Below are positions 1-7,871 of a stretch of 32,000 nucleotides of DNA, one piece after another (the stretch's first letter is position 1; each line of letters opens with the position of its first letter). A program made the translations under genes and the position numbers. Source of the DNA: Mycolicibacterium smegmatis (GTDB lineage: Bacteria; Actinomycetota; Actinomycetes; Mycobacteriales; Mycobacteriaceae); contig NZ_LN831039.1 of NCBI RefSeq assembly GCF_001457595.1, forward strand, positions 4,080,001 through 4,112,000. The letters run 5' to 3'. The notes beneath the pieces are model-generated. The model was not told the DNA's origin, searched no databases, and was given only the letters and a program-made list of their open reading frames with translations.

Positions 1-1
1 G

Positions 2-2197
2 CACGGTTTCGTGGTGATGCGCTCGGCGTACCTCGACTCGGTTCGCATGGGTGGTGTCGAAGCCGAATTGGCCGCATTGCACACCGAAGCGCTCACCCAC
101 GCCGCCGACACCGCTCGACTCTCGGAACTGTGCCGCCGCATGCAGAGCCTGGTGAACAAGGCCGGGCTGAGCCCGAGCGTGCGGGACGCGACGCTGGCCG
201 CGTACCGCGCGCTGGGTACCGATGTGGTTGTGGCCGTGCGGTCCTCGGCCACCGGTGAGGACGGCCGCGATGCGTCGTTCGCGGGGATGAACCGCACCAT
301 CACCAACGTCATGGGCGAGGTGGCACTGCTCGACGCGGTCACCCAGTGCTGGATGTCGCTGTTCAGCCCGCGGGTCATCACCTACCGCGCCAGCCGCGGG
401 TTCACCGCCGCCCCTGCGATGGCCGTGGTGGTGCAGCAGATGCTCTCGGCCGATCGAGCCGGCGTCGCGTTCACGAGCGACCCCAGCACGGGCGATGCCG
501 ACCACATCGTCATCGAGGCGGCCTTCGGCCAGGGTGAGGTGGTGGTGTCCGGCAAGGTCGAACCCGACACGTACGTCATCGACAAGCGCACGCTTGAGGT
601 CCGAGACGTCCGGATCGGTTTCAAGGCCATCAAGATCGTGCGTGGTGACGACGGTGCCGACTCGATGGTGCAACTCGAGCGGTCGCAGGCCGAGGCCCGA
701 GTCCTCGACGACGACGCGTTGCGCAAGATCGCGACCCTGGCGGTCGCCACGGAGACACACAACGGCTGCCCACAGGACATCGAATGGGTGATCGCCGATG
801 GCGCGGTGTGGCTCGTACAGGCCCGGCCGATCACCACTCTCGGCAGCGCCGGGTCCACGGCCGGCGACGAACCGAGCGTGCTGATCCGGGGTCTCCCCGC
901 CGCGCCGGGTGTCGCGTCAGGACGTGTGCGCGTGTTGCTGGCTCCTGACGATGGGGACAAGCTGACCGACGGCGAGATCCTGGTCGCACCGACGACGAAT
1001 CCCGACTGGTTGCCGACGATCCGCCGAGCCGCGGCGCTGGTCACCGAGACCGGCGGCATGACCTGTCATGCCGCGATCGTCGCGCGAGAACTCGGTGTGC
1101 CATGTGTCGTCGGTGCCCGGTCGGCGACGGTGGCCCTTGCCGTCGGGTCGATGGTGACGGTGGACGGGACCCGCGGTGAGGTGACGACGGGGCGCCTCCC
1201 GGAAACGGTGCGCACCACCACGACGCCACAGGAGCCGGCTCCGCACATCACCGGTGAAGCCACCGGCACCAAGGTCTACGTGAATCTCGCGATGCCGGAT
1301 TCGGCCGAGGCGGTCGCCGCGCAGGACGTCGACGGGGTCGGTCTACTGCGTGCGGAGTTCATGCTGACCGAGGCCCTGGCGGGCCGGCATCCGCGGGACC
1401 TGATCACAAAGGGCGAGCAGGACACGTTGGTCGACGCCATGGCGGCCGCGGTCACCCGGATCGGCACGGCATTCGCACCGCGACCGGTGATCTATCGCGC
1501 AATGGACTTCCGCACCAACGAGTTCCGTGGGCTGGCCGGAGGTGAACAGTTCGAGCCCGTCGAACACAACCCGATGATCGGCTATCGGGGCTGTTACCGC
1601 TACATCAAAGAACCGGACCTCTTTGCGCTCGAACTCAGCGCGCTGGCCCGGGCCCGTGAGCACACGCCCAACATCCACCTGATGATTCCCTTCGTCCGCA
1701 CCCGGTGGGAGCTTGAGGAATGCCTCGCGCTGGTGGACGCGAGCCCGTTGAGGCGACACCGGAATCTACACCGGTGGGTGATGGCCGAGGTGCCGTCCGT
1801 GGTGCATTGGTTGCCCGAGTACGTCGGTATGGGCATCGACGGAGTGTCCATCGGCAGCAACGACCTCACACAGTTGATGCTCGGTGTCGATCGGGATTCC
1901 GAAACGTGCGCCGAGCTGTTCGACGAATCGGATGCCGCGGTGCTCGACGCGATCTCACGCATCATCTCGACGGCCAACCGGCTCGGGATCACATCGTCGC
2001 TGTGCGGGCAGGCGCCGTCGACCCGACCGGAATTCGCCGAGCATCTCGTCCGGATGGGCATCACGTCGGTGTCGGTCAACCCCGACGCGGCCGGCGCGGC
2101 GCGCCGTGCGGTCGCCGCGGCCGAGCGCCGCCTGTTGTTGGATTCGGTCCGCCACCCGCGGCATGCACCGACAGCGTCTCCTCGAAACCCGCTGTGA
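2..2197 (+). CDS. ppsA: Phosphoenolpyruvate synthase / pyruvate,water dikinase (PEP-utilising enzyme); 5' end cut by the window edge
   Basis: The frame is open back to base 2 (HGFVVMRS..., which resembles the ATP-grasp 'PPGFVV' region). It has the phosphohistidine swivel motif [21 protein letters not shown] and C-terminal PEP-utilizer barrel motifs (IGSNDLTQL, Cys in SSLCGQAPS). Confidence 0.85.
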   Translation, partial: HGFVVMRSAYLDSVRMGGVEAELAALHTEALTHAADTARLSELCRRMQSLVNKAGLSPSVRDATLAAYRALGTDVVVAVRSSATGEDGRDASFAGMNRTITNVMGEVALLDAVTQCWMSLFSPRVITYRASRGFTAAPAMAVVVQQMLSADRAGVAFTSDPSTGDADHIVIEAAFGQGEVVVSGKVEPDTYVIDKRTLEVRDVRIGFKAIKIVRGDDGADSMVQLERSQAEARVLDDDALRKIATLAVATETHNGCPQDIEWVIADGAVWLVQARPITTLGSAGSTAGDEPSVLIRGLPAAPGVASGRVRVLLAPDDGDKLTDGEILVAPTTNPDWLPTIRRAAALVTETGGMTCHAAIVARELGVPCVVGARSATVALAVGSMVTVDGTRGEVTTGRLPETVRTTTTPQEPAPHITGEATGTKVYVNLAMPDSAEAVAAQDVDGVGLLRAEFMLTEALAGRHPRDLITKGEQDTLVDAMAAAVTRIGTAFAPRPVIYRAMDFRTNEFRGLAGGEQFEPVEHNPMIGYRGCYRYIKEPDLFALELSALARAREHTPNIHLMIPFVRTRWELEECLALVDASPLRRHRNLHRWVMAEVPSVVHWLPEYVGMGIDGVSIGSNDLTQLMLGVDRDSETCAELFDESDAAVLDAISRIISTANRLGITSSLCGQAPSTRPEFAEHLVRMGITSVSVNPDAAGAARRAVAAAERRLLLDSVRHPRHAPTASPRNPL

Positions 2198-3431
2198 GAC
2201 AGTCGCGGAGGACGTCATGATCCGGGATCGCACCGGCATCGATGTTGACCCCGATGGCGCACACGTCGACGTATGACAGCAACGTGGTGTTGACGGCCGC
2301 ACCCAGGGTCGGAGAGAACGCGTACTGGGACCGAATGGGAGCACCGCCCATTTTCAGCGGTACGGGAGACCCCGGCACGTCGCTGGCGATGAAATCGACA
2401 TGCCGAAGTTCAGACCCTACATAGCCGCGCGGCATAACGTTGAGCGCTTTGGCGATCAGTTGTGTATAGGCAAGTGCCTTCTCGCCTCGCGCCGCCATCG
2501 TTCTCGCGTGGATCTCGCGAATTCTGCGCATCGGGTCCACCTCACCGACCGGAACGTCGAAACGGACCAGCGTCGCACGGTTTCCACCGATCCCGTCGTG
2601 TGGGCCGCGGACGCTGATCGGCATCGACGTCATGAGTTGGTCGACGGTGACACCGTGGTGATCGTGGTACCGGCGAAGCCCTCCCGTCACGGCCGCCAGG
2701 AATGCGTCGTTCACGGTGCCGCCGGCGGCGTCCCCAGCCCGGCGCAACCCAGACCTGCTCACCTCGAGGATCTCGAGTCGACGTGTTGCGCTGCGGCGCC
2801 TCATGACCGGCGACAGCGGACCTGCGATGGGGCGAGCGGCGCGATAGATCGACACCGCGGTGTCGAACGCCGTAGCGGCTGTGGTCAACGGGTGACGGAT
2901 CGTCTCCAATACCTGTGCCGCAACAGAACCCGAAGGTCTCTTCGAGCCCTCAGACGCCGCCAACACCTCGAGCTCGTCATAGAGCGCAGCGGCCAGCGCC
3001 ACTGCTCCGACGCCGTCGGTCAGCGCATGATCGAACTTGCACAGCAGCGCGGCACTGCCGTCGGCCATCCCCTCGACCAGCGTCACCTCCCACAGCGGGC
3101 GCGTGCGGTCGAGATCGGTCATCATCGCCACCTCGGCCAAGTTGACCAGCACCGGGAAAGTGCGCGGCTGAGGGGCGGACACACGGTGAAGGTGCCAGTC
3201 GAGATCGAACTCGGCGTGCTCCTCCCAACGCGCGGGTAGCGGCGGCACCGTCGGCGAGACGACCTGACGGAACCGTGGCGCCACGCGGGTGAGGCGTTCG
3301 AACCTTTCGACCACCAGGTCCCACTCGGGGGCGCGTTCGAGAATCATGAGGCTGACGATCGTCGAGCGGAGTACCGGGTCCTCCCCCAGCGACCACATGA
3401 ACTCATCGGTACTGGTCAGAAACTCCGCCAT
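2076..3431 (-). CDS. Wax ester synthase/diacylglycerol acyltransferase (WS/DGAT, Tgs-type) with a variant active-site motif DHALTDG
   Basis: 451-aa ORF with a WS/DGAT-like N-terminus ([13 protein letters not shown]...) and an acyltransferase motif at aa 134-140 (nt 3012-3032) reading D-H-A-L-T-D-G instead of HHxxxDG. The C-terminal [11 protein letters not shown] block parallels the second WS/DGAT at 14618. A GAGGA Shine-Dalgarno (SD) sequence precedes the ATG. Confidence 0.8.
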   Translation of the reverse strand: MAEFLTSTDEFMWSLGEDPVLRSTIVSLMILERAPEWDLVVERFERLTRVAPRFRQVVSPTVPPLPARWEEHAEFDLDWHLHRVSAPQPRTFPVLVNLAEVAMMTDLDRTRPLWEVTLVEGMADGSAALLCKFDHALTDGVGAVALAAALYDELEVLAASEGSKRPSGSVAAQVLETIRHPLTTAATAFDTAVSIYRAARPIAGPLSPVMRRRSATRRLEILEVSRSGLRRAGDAAGGTVNDAFLAAVTGGLRRYHDHHGVTVDQLMTSMPISVRGPHDGIGGNRATLVRFDVPVGEVDPMRRIREIHARTMAARGEKALAYTQLIAKALNVMPRGYVGSELRHVDFIASDVPGSPVPLKMGGAPIRSQYAFSPTLGAAVNTTLLSYVDVCAIGVNIDAGAIPDHDVLRDCLTAGFEETLSVHAAGGGPNPTTGGARPRRPHGAPRRPRRG

Positions 3432-3483
3432 GGTGAGGTCCTCGCATTCGGCCGCACTCGAGCGAGCGACGGGTCTTGCAACT

Positions 3484-3503
3484 GGCTAGCTGTACTGCTA
3501 GCC
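3484..3503 (-). other. Perfect 7-bp stem / 6-nt loop hairpin (GGCTAGC-TGTACT-GCTAGCC) overlapping the stop codon of the hibernation-factor gene
   Basis: Read directly from the sequence. It sits between the rafH-like stop (3498-3500) and the start of the downstream WS/DGAT gene. No U-tract follows. Confidence 0.3.
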
Positions 3504-4304
3504 GTCCGCAGGGGTGATCAACCCGTAGTGGCCGTCGTAGCGGCGATATATGACGCTGGCACGGCCCTCGGCCGCATCGATGTAAAACAGGAACGGCAGA
3601 CCCAGCAGACCGAGACGCTCGACGGCGTCGCGCTGGGTCAGACATGGCGCCGGATGGGTACTGATCGTGATCGGTTTCTCGAACGGACTCAGTTCGTCGG
3701 CAGGTACGGGGATCACGAGTACCAACCGATAGCCCGTGGGGCCGCCCTTGTACAGAACCGCGGCGAATCCGGTGCCCTTCTCGGTGAAGAGATGGAAATC
3801 GTAGTCGAGCATCTCCATCTCGAGCGCGGCCTCGTCCACGGTGCACGGCACCATGCTGAACGACTTGCGACGAATGATCCTGCGCTCCTCGGGCGGACGG
3901 GGAAAGTAGCCCGGGCGCCGCGCCGGTTCGGATTCGTGGCGCCACTCACGCCCGGCCTCGGCGGGCACACCGCCACGGCGCGCCTCCCAGTGCTCGGCAA
4001 TGCGCTCCAGTCGCGACCGCAGCCGTGCTTCCAGTCGATCTACCGCCTCGCGCGCGTTCACACCCTCGACCTGAGCGCGCACCTGCCGACCATTGACATC
4101 GAGGTTGGCTTGCGCGATGACCGGCCGTTCGACCGCGGGGTCACCGTGCCTGGTGAGCCTCACACGCGCGTGAAGCACCGGTCTGTGTGCGCGCCTGGAG
4201 AGCCGACCGATCTTCTCGCGCGCATACTCGGCGGCACCGGGAAGCTCCCCGTCGGTCGACACATCGACGTCCATGACCTCTGGTAGCCCTGTTCGCTGAC
4301 GCAT
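3498..4304 (-). CDS. rafH: Long ribosome hibernation factor of the Rv0079/RafH type (S30AE/HPF-like N-domain plus C-terminal domain)
   Basis: 268 aa. The C-terminal block MLDYDFHLFTEKGTGFAAVLYKGGPTGYRL...LGLPFLFYIDAAEGRASVIYRRYDGHYGLITP matches my recollection of Mtb Rv0079 (MDYDVHLFTD...LPFLFFTD...LLYSRYDGNLGLITP). A DosR-like box lies upstream. Confidence 0.85.
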   Translation of the reverse strand: MRQRTGLPEVMDVDVSTDGELPGAAEYAREKIGRLSRRAHRPVLHARVRLTRHGDPAVERPVIAQANLDVNGRQVRAQVEGVNAREAVDRLEARLRSRLERIAEHWEARRGGVPAEAGREWRHESEPARRPGYFPRPPEERRIIRRKSFSMVPCTVDEAALEMEMLDYDFHLFTEKGTGFAAVLYKGGPTGYRLVLVIPVPADELSPFEKPITISTHPAPCLTQRDAVERLGLLGLPFLFYIDAAEGRASVIYRRYDGHYGLITPADG

Positions 4305-4336
4305 GGTTTCATTCGATACCGCAGAGCAGCGTCGCC

Positions 4337-4356
4337 ACAGGGCCGAAAGTCACCTC
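4337..4356. promoter_or_regulatory. DosR-box-like palindrome ACAGGGCCGAAAGTCACCTC (core GGGCC-GAAA-GTCAC)
   Basis: Lies in the 104-bp gap upstream of the rafH-like gene. The centre is 42.5 bp from the ATG at 4304. The half-sites are weaker than the consensus TTSGGGACTWWAGTCCCSAA. Confidence 0.45.
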
Positions 4357-4408
4357 CGTCAGAACTCGCACCCCAGCGTCCTTCATCATCGGCAGATCCG
4401 AGGGCCGG

Positions 4409-5308
4409 CTACCTTGGCCTCGCGACAATGATCGGTACGCGAACTTCCTGTGCAACCGCGGAACTCACCGAACCAAGCAGCATTCCGGTGAACCCGCCTC
4501 GGCCCCGGCTGCCCAGTACCACCAGCTGGGCACCTTCGGAGGCGGCGATCAGTGCGTCCGCCGGCCGGTCGAACTCGATCTCGAGGTTGACCGAGGTCTC
4601 GGGATACCGTTCCTCCCAGGCGCCCAGGCGCTCGGCAATGGGCTTTTGCACCACCGCTTGCAGTGCGGACCACTCGGCGGCGAAAAGCCCGGACATGTCA
4701 GCATCGACCAGCACGTGCAGCGCCACCACATCCACACCACGCAACGCGGCCTCCCGGAAGGCGATCTCCGTCGCGAACTCCGACGCCGGCGACCCGTCGG
4801 TGCCCAACAACACCGGAGACCGGCCCGATACTCGGGCAGCACCCGTTGCGTGGACGATCGCTACTGGGCAACGGGCATGGTGGAGCAACCCACTGGCGAC
4901 GGATCCCAACAATCGGCGGTGCTGCTCGTTGCGGCCGCGAGGACCGACGACGATCAGTTCGGCGGACCTGGAAAACCCGGTCAGGCTGGGCACGACACCG
5001 CCGTACAGCATCTCGCTGCGTACCTGTGGCCGAGAAGTGCCGGTGACGTCCTCCTGCACGATCTTGATCGCGTCGGCGATCGCAGTACGGGCGTCGTTGT
5101 CCTGAACCTCCAGGACTTCCTCGGGGATTCGACCGCCGGGCCACAACAGCGTCGAAGCGCTCAATGGTGTGACGACATGCGCAATCGTGAGGTCGACGCC
5201 TCGCAAGGTCGCCTCGGCCATGGCCCATCTGACCGCGGCCCGCGACCAGGACGATCCGTCGACCCCGACGACGATGCCGTGTGGCAGATCCGAATCCGCC
5301 ACACTCAC
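4409..5308 (-). CDS. Universal stress protein, tandem USP domains (Rv2005c/Rv2623 class)
   Basis: 299 aa with two USP domains. It has IVVGVDGSSWS...AVRWA and the C-terminal ATP motif GSRGRGGFTGMLLGSVSSAV (G-x2-G-x9-G-S). The GTG start overlaps the upstream gene's TGA stop (GTGA at 5305-5308). Confidence 0.9.
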   Translation of the reverse strand: MSVADSDLPHGIVVGVDGSSWSRAAVRWAMAEATLRGVDLTIAHVVTPLSASTLLWPGGRIPEEVLEVQDNDARTAIADAIKIVQEDVTGTSRPQVRSEMLYGGVVPSLTGFSRSAELIVVGPRGRNEQHRRLLGSVASGLLHHARCPVAIVHATGAARVSGRSPVLLGTDGSPASEFATEIAFREAALRGVDVVALHVLVDADMSGLFAAEWSALQAVVQKPIAERLGAWEERYPETSVNLEIEFDRPADALIAASEGAQLVVLGSRGRGGFTGMLLGSVSSAVAQEVRVPIIVARPR

Positions 5309-5775
5309 GCGGCGCTCGGCAGATCCGGCGCCGGTCCGCCGAACGTGCGTGCCGTGCGAGGCTCATTTGCCGGAGCCCAGCCGGCATACGTCAGGAACAG
5401 CCCCAGCAGGCCGACCGCGACCATGAGGACCTGCCACCACATCGCGGCCCGCACCATCGACTCGCCGAATGCCGCGTATGACTGTGGTACCGCCAGCAGT
5501 AGAACGCCTTTCAGCGTTGCAAGCCAACCGAGGACCGACACCACGATCGCTGCGACTCCATGCCACCTCTGGTGCAGCGCGACCACGGTGAGGCCGCTCA
5601 ACAGTACGAAGGCACCGGATACCCACGACATGATCGGGTTCTTTCCGAAATCGGTGACCAGGCCCGGTATCTCGGACGCACGTGCCAACGCCACGACAGC
5701 GACGACGACGAGATACGGGCCGAGTACACGTGCGAAGCCCTGCGTCCGGTTCTCGACGTGAAACGCAGTACTCAT
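5305..5775 (-). CDS. Hypothetical integral membrane protein (about 4 predicted TM helices)
   Basis: 156-aa ORF with four long hydrophobic stretches (e.g. GPYLVVVAVVALA, SWVSGAFVLLSGLTVVAL, AAIVVSVLGWLATLKGVLLLAV, WWQVLMVAVGLLGLFL). It is translationally coupled to the downstream USP gene, and DosR boxes lie upstream. I recognise no family. Confidence 0.65.
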   Translation of the reverse strand: MSTAFHVENRTQGFARVLGPYLVVVAVVALARASEIPGLVTDFGKNPIMSWVSGAFVLLSGLTVVALHQRWHGVAAIVVSVLGWLATLKGVLLLAVPQSYAAFGESMVRAAMWWQVLMVAVGLLGLFLTYAGWAPANEPRTARTFGGPAPDLPSAA

Positions 5776-5855
5776 GGCACTGAGACCTCCTCAAATCCAC
5801 GGACGTCACGACTGACGCCCGCCTGACCCATTCGACCACCGGTGCTTCGAGGTCG

Positions 5856-5875
5856 TAAGGGACCGAAGTCCACGT
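5856..5875. promoter_or_regulatory. DosR box TAAGGGACCGAAGTCCACGT (core GGGAC-CGAA-GTCCA)
   Basis: Lies in the 231-bp divergent intergenic region between the membrane-protein/USP operon (-) and the USP-like gene (+). It shares the 13-mer AGGGACCGAAGTC with the box at 17045. Confidence 0.7.
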
Positions 5876-5926
5876 TCAGATGGGCTTTTGTCGGTTCTGG
5901 GCAGCCAGAGGACCATCGGCGCAATC

Positions 5927-5946
5927 ACCGGGACTTAGGTCACCAT
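5927..5946. promoter_or_regulatory. DosR box ACCGGGACTTAGGTCACCAT (core GGGAC-TTAG-GTCAC)
   Basis: Lies in the same divergent region. The centre is 70.5 bp upstream of the ATG at 6007. Confidence 0.65.
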
Positions 5947-6006
5947 CGGCAGAGGTTCGCCGCCGATACGCTCGAACGCGCAGTTGATAAGCGGGTAGGA
6001 GCCGAG

Positions 6007-6798
6007 ATGTTGGAGCCAGAGAATTCCGCACCGATCGTAGTTGGTATCGACGGGTCCGAAGCGGGTGTACGGGCCGCTCGATGGGCGGCTGCCGAAGCCG
6101 AGTCCCGCAACGTTCCACTGCGTTTGGTGTATGCCACCAAGGCTTCACATCCATCGGCAGACGACTATTACGACGATGTCCGCCGCGGACAGGACGCCCT
6201 GTCGGCCGCCCAGATCGATGTGAACCGGCGCTACAGCGAGGTCAAGGTCGAGACCGCCCTGGTGGACGGGCCACCGGGGCGCGCGCTGATCGACGAGTCC
6301 GACCGTGCGGCGATGTTGTGTGTCGGATCGGTGGGCATCGGCCGCTACGCGGAATCGATTCTCGGGTCGATCGCCTTGGCGGTTGCCGAGGGCGCCGCGT
6401 GCCCGGTGGCTGTCATCCGTGCACAGGAGGATGACTCGGCGGTTCACTGGATCGCCGCTGGGAACCCGGCCGACGAACACGTCGTCGAATCAGCCATGGC
6501 CGAGGCGCGATTGCGGCAGGCACCGGTTCTGGTGCTCGGGGATCGACGCGAGGGCGACGCGTTCATCTACCAGGTCAAATCCATACAACTCCGCAATCCC
6601 GATCTCCACATCTACCCGATCACCGACAGAAACGATGTGGCCGGCTTTCTGAGGCGACACGACGAGCCGGTCCAGCTCGCCGTTATCGGTGAGTCGGAGG
6701 TCGCCGAACTCCCGCGCATCCTCGGCCCTCACGGGCGTCATATGTTCCACCTGTTCGAGGGGACCACGTCATCGGTGCTGGTGGCGCGCTATGACTGA
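6007..6798 (+). CDS. USP-family protein with a canonical N-terminal domain and a degenerate C-terminal domain
   Basis: I chose the internal ATG at 6007 (MLEPENSAPIVVGIDGSEAGVRAARWAA...) because the longer ORF from 5842 runs through both DosR boxes. Domain 1 keeps G-x2-G-x9-G-S (GSVGIGRYAESILGS). Domain 2 reads IGESEVAELPRILGP, so the second Gly is lost. Confidence 0.75.
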   Translation: MLEPENSAPIVVGIDGSEAGVRAARWAAAEAESRNVPLRLVYATKASHPSADDYYDDVRRGQDALSAAQIDVNRRYSEVKVETALVDGPPGRALIDESDRAAMLCVGSVGIGRYAESILGSIALAVAEGAACPVAVIRAQEDDSAVHWIAAGNPADEHVVESAMAEARLRQAPVLVLGDRREGDAFIYQVKSIQLRNPDLHIYPITDRNDVAGFLRRHDEPVQLAVIGESEVAELPRILGPHGRHMFHLFEGTTSSVLVARYD

Positions 6799-6893
6799 TC
6801 GCCGGATTCGTCGATGAAACCCTGTGACGCCGCCGGACATATGCGGGCCACCTCGTGAGCGGGGTGCCGATCGGCTGACAACTGACCGCGAGG

Positions 6894-6913
6894 GTCGGGA
6901 CTTTCGTCCCTAT
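6894..6913. promoter_or_regulatory. DosR box GTCGGGACTTTCGTCCCTAT (perfect half-sites GGGAC-TTTC-GTCCC)
   Basis: Lies in the intergenic region. The centre is 70.5 bp upstream of the ATG at 6974. It shares GACTTTCGTCCCTA with the box at 17139. Confidence 0.8.
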
Positions 6914-6973
6914 GGACCACCGGTGAATGCGCCGAGGATCACGGTGACGCGTCGATCGCACGGAGGGAACCAC

Positions 6974-7855
6974 ATGAGTCACAACGGAAACGGCGCTGGG
7001 TACGGCATGGTCGTCGCGGTCGACGGTTCGGCGGAGTCCGACGCGGCGGTGCGATGGGCGGCACGCGAGGCAACACTGCGCAAGATCCCGGTGACCGTGA
7101 TGCATGTAGTCGAACCGATGATCGTCAACTGGCCGGTCCCACCCGTGCAGGGCAGTGTCACCGAGTGGCAGGAGGCCAACGCCCGCAACGTGATCAAGCA
7201 CGCCCACGACACGTTCGTCGCCGTCGAGGAGTCCGCTCCAGACGGCATCCGGCACGAAATACGTTATGCCGGCATCGTTGCCGAACTTGTCGATGTGTCC
7301 AAGAACGCCACGATGATGGTGGTGGGGAGCCGCGGCCTGGGTGCGTTCGGCGGCGCGTTGCTGGGATCGGTCAGCAGCGGCGTCATCCACCATGCGCACT
7401 GTCCCGTTGCGGTGATCCACGGTGACCAGATACGTCGACCGGACCCCCGCTCCCCCGTGCTCGTCGGGATCGACGGATCACCCGCATCCGAGGACGCCAC
7501 GGCGTTCGCGTTCGACGAGGCCTCTCGTCGGCGCGTCGATCTCATCGCATTGCACGCCTGGAGCGACGTCGGGGTGTTCTCGGCGCTCGGCATGGACTGG
7601 CACGAGTACGAGGACCAGGGACGCGAACTGCTCGGTGAGCGTCTCGCCGGATGGCGTGAGCGGTATCCCGACGTGAGAGTGACTCGGCAGATCGTCTGCG
7701 ATCAGCCGGCACGGTGGCTCATCGACGGGTCACGCCACGCACAACTCGTCGTTGTGGGCAGCCATGGGCGCGCGGGATTCGCCGGAATGCTGTTGGGATC
7801 GGTCGGCTCGAAGGTCGCCCGCGCCGCCTATTCCCCGGTGATCGTGGTGCGTTGA
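6974..7855 (+). CDS. Universal stress protein, tandem USP domains
   Basis: ATG at 6974 preceded by GGAGGG (6963-6968). It has MVVAVDGSAESDAAVRWAAREA and both ATP motifs (GSRGLGAFGGALLGSVSS, GSHGRAGFAGMLLGSVGS). The longer ORF from 6824 crosses the DosR box. Confidence 0.9.
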   Translation: MSHNGNGAGYGMVVAVDGSAESDAAVRWAAREATLRKIPVTVMHVVEPMIVNWPVPPVQGSVTEWQEANARNVIKHAHDTFVAVEESAPDGIRHEIRYAGIVAELVDVSKNATMMVVGSRGLGAFGGALLGSVSSGVIHHAHCPVAVIHGDQIRRPDPRSPVLVGIDGSPASEDATAFAFDEASRRRVDLIALHAWSDVGVFSALGMDWHEYEDQGRELLGERLAGWRERYPDVRVTRQIVCDQPARWLIDGSRHAQLVVVGSHGRAGFAGMLLGSVGSKVARAAYSPVIVVR

Positions 7856-7871
7856 CAGCAGGTGTGGATGG

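Noticed and set aside
5842-6006. N-terminal extensions of several track ORFs (5842-6006, 6824-6973, 11235-11345, 14165-14617, 14483-14614, 17460-17612, 21373-21666, 25359-25499)
   Set aside because: Each extension runs through a DosR-box palindrome or an SD sequence, has an odd Arg/His/Pro-rich composition, and precedes an internal start that aligns with the conserved N-terminus of the family.
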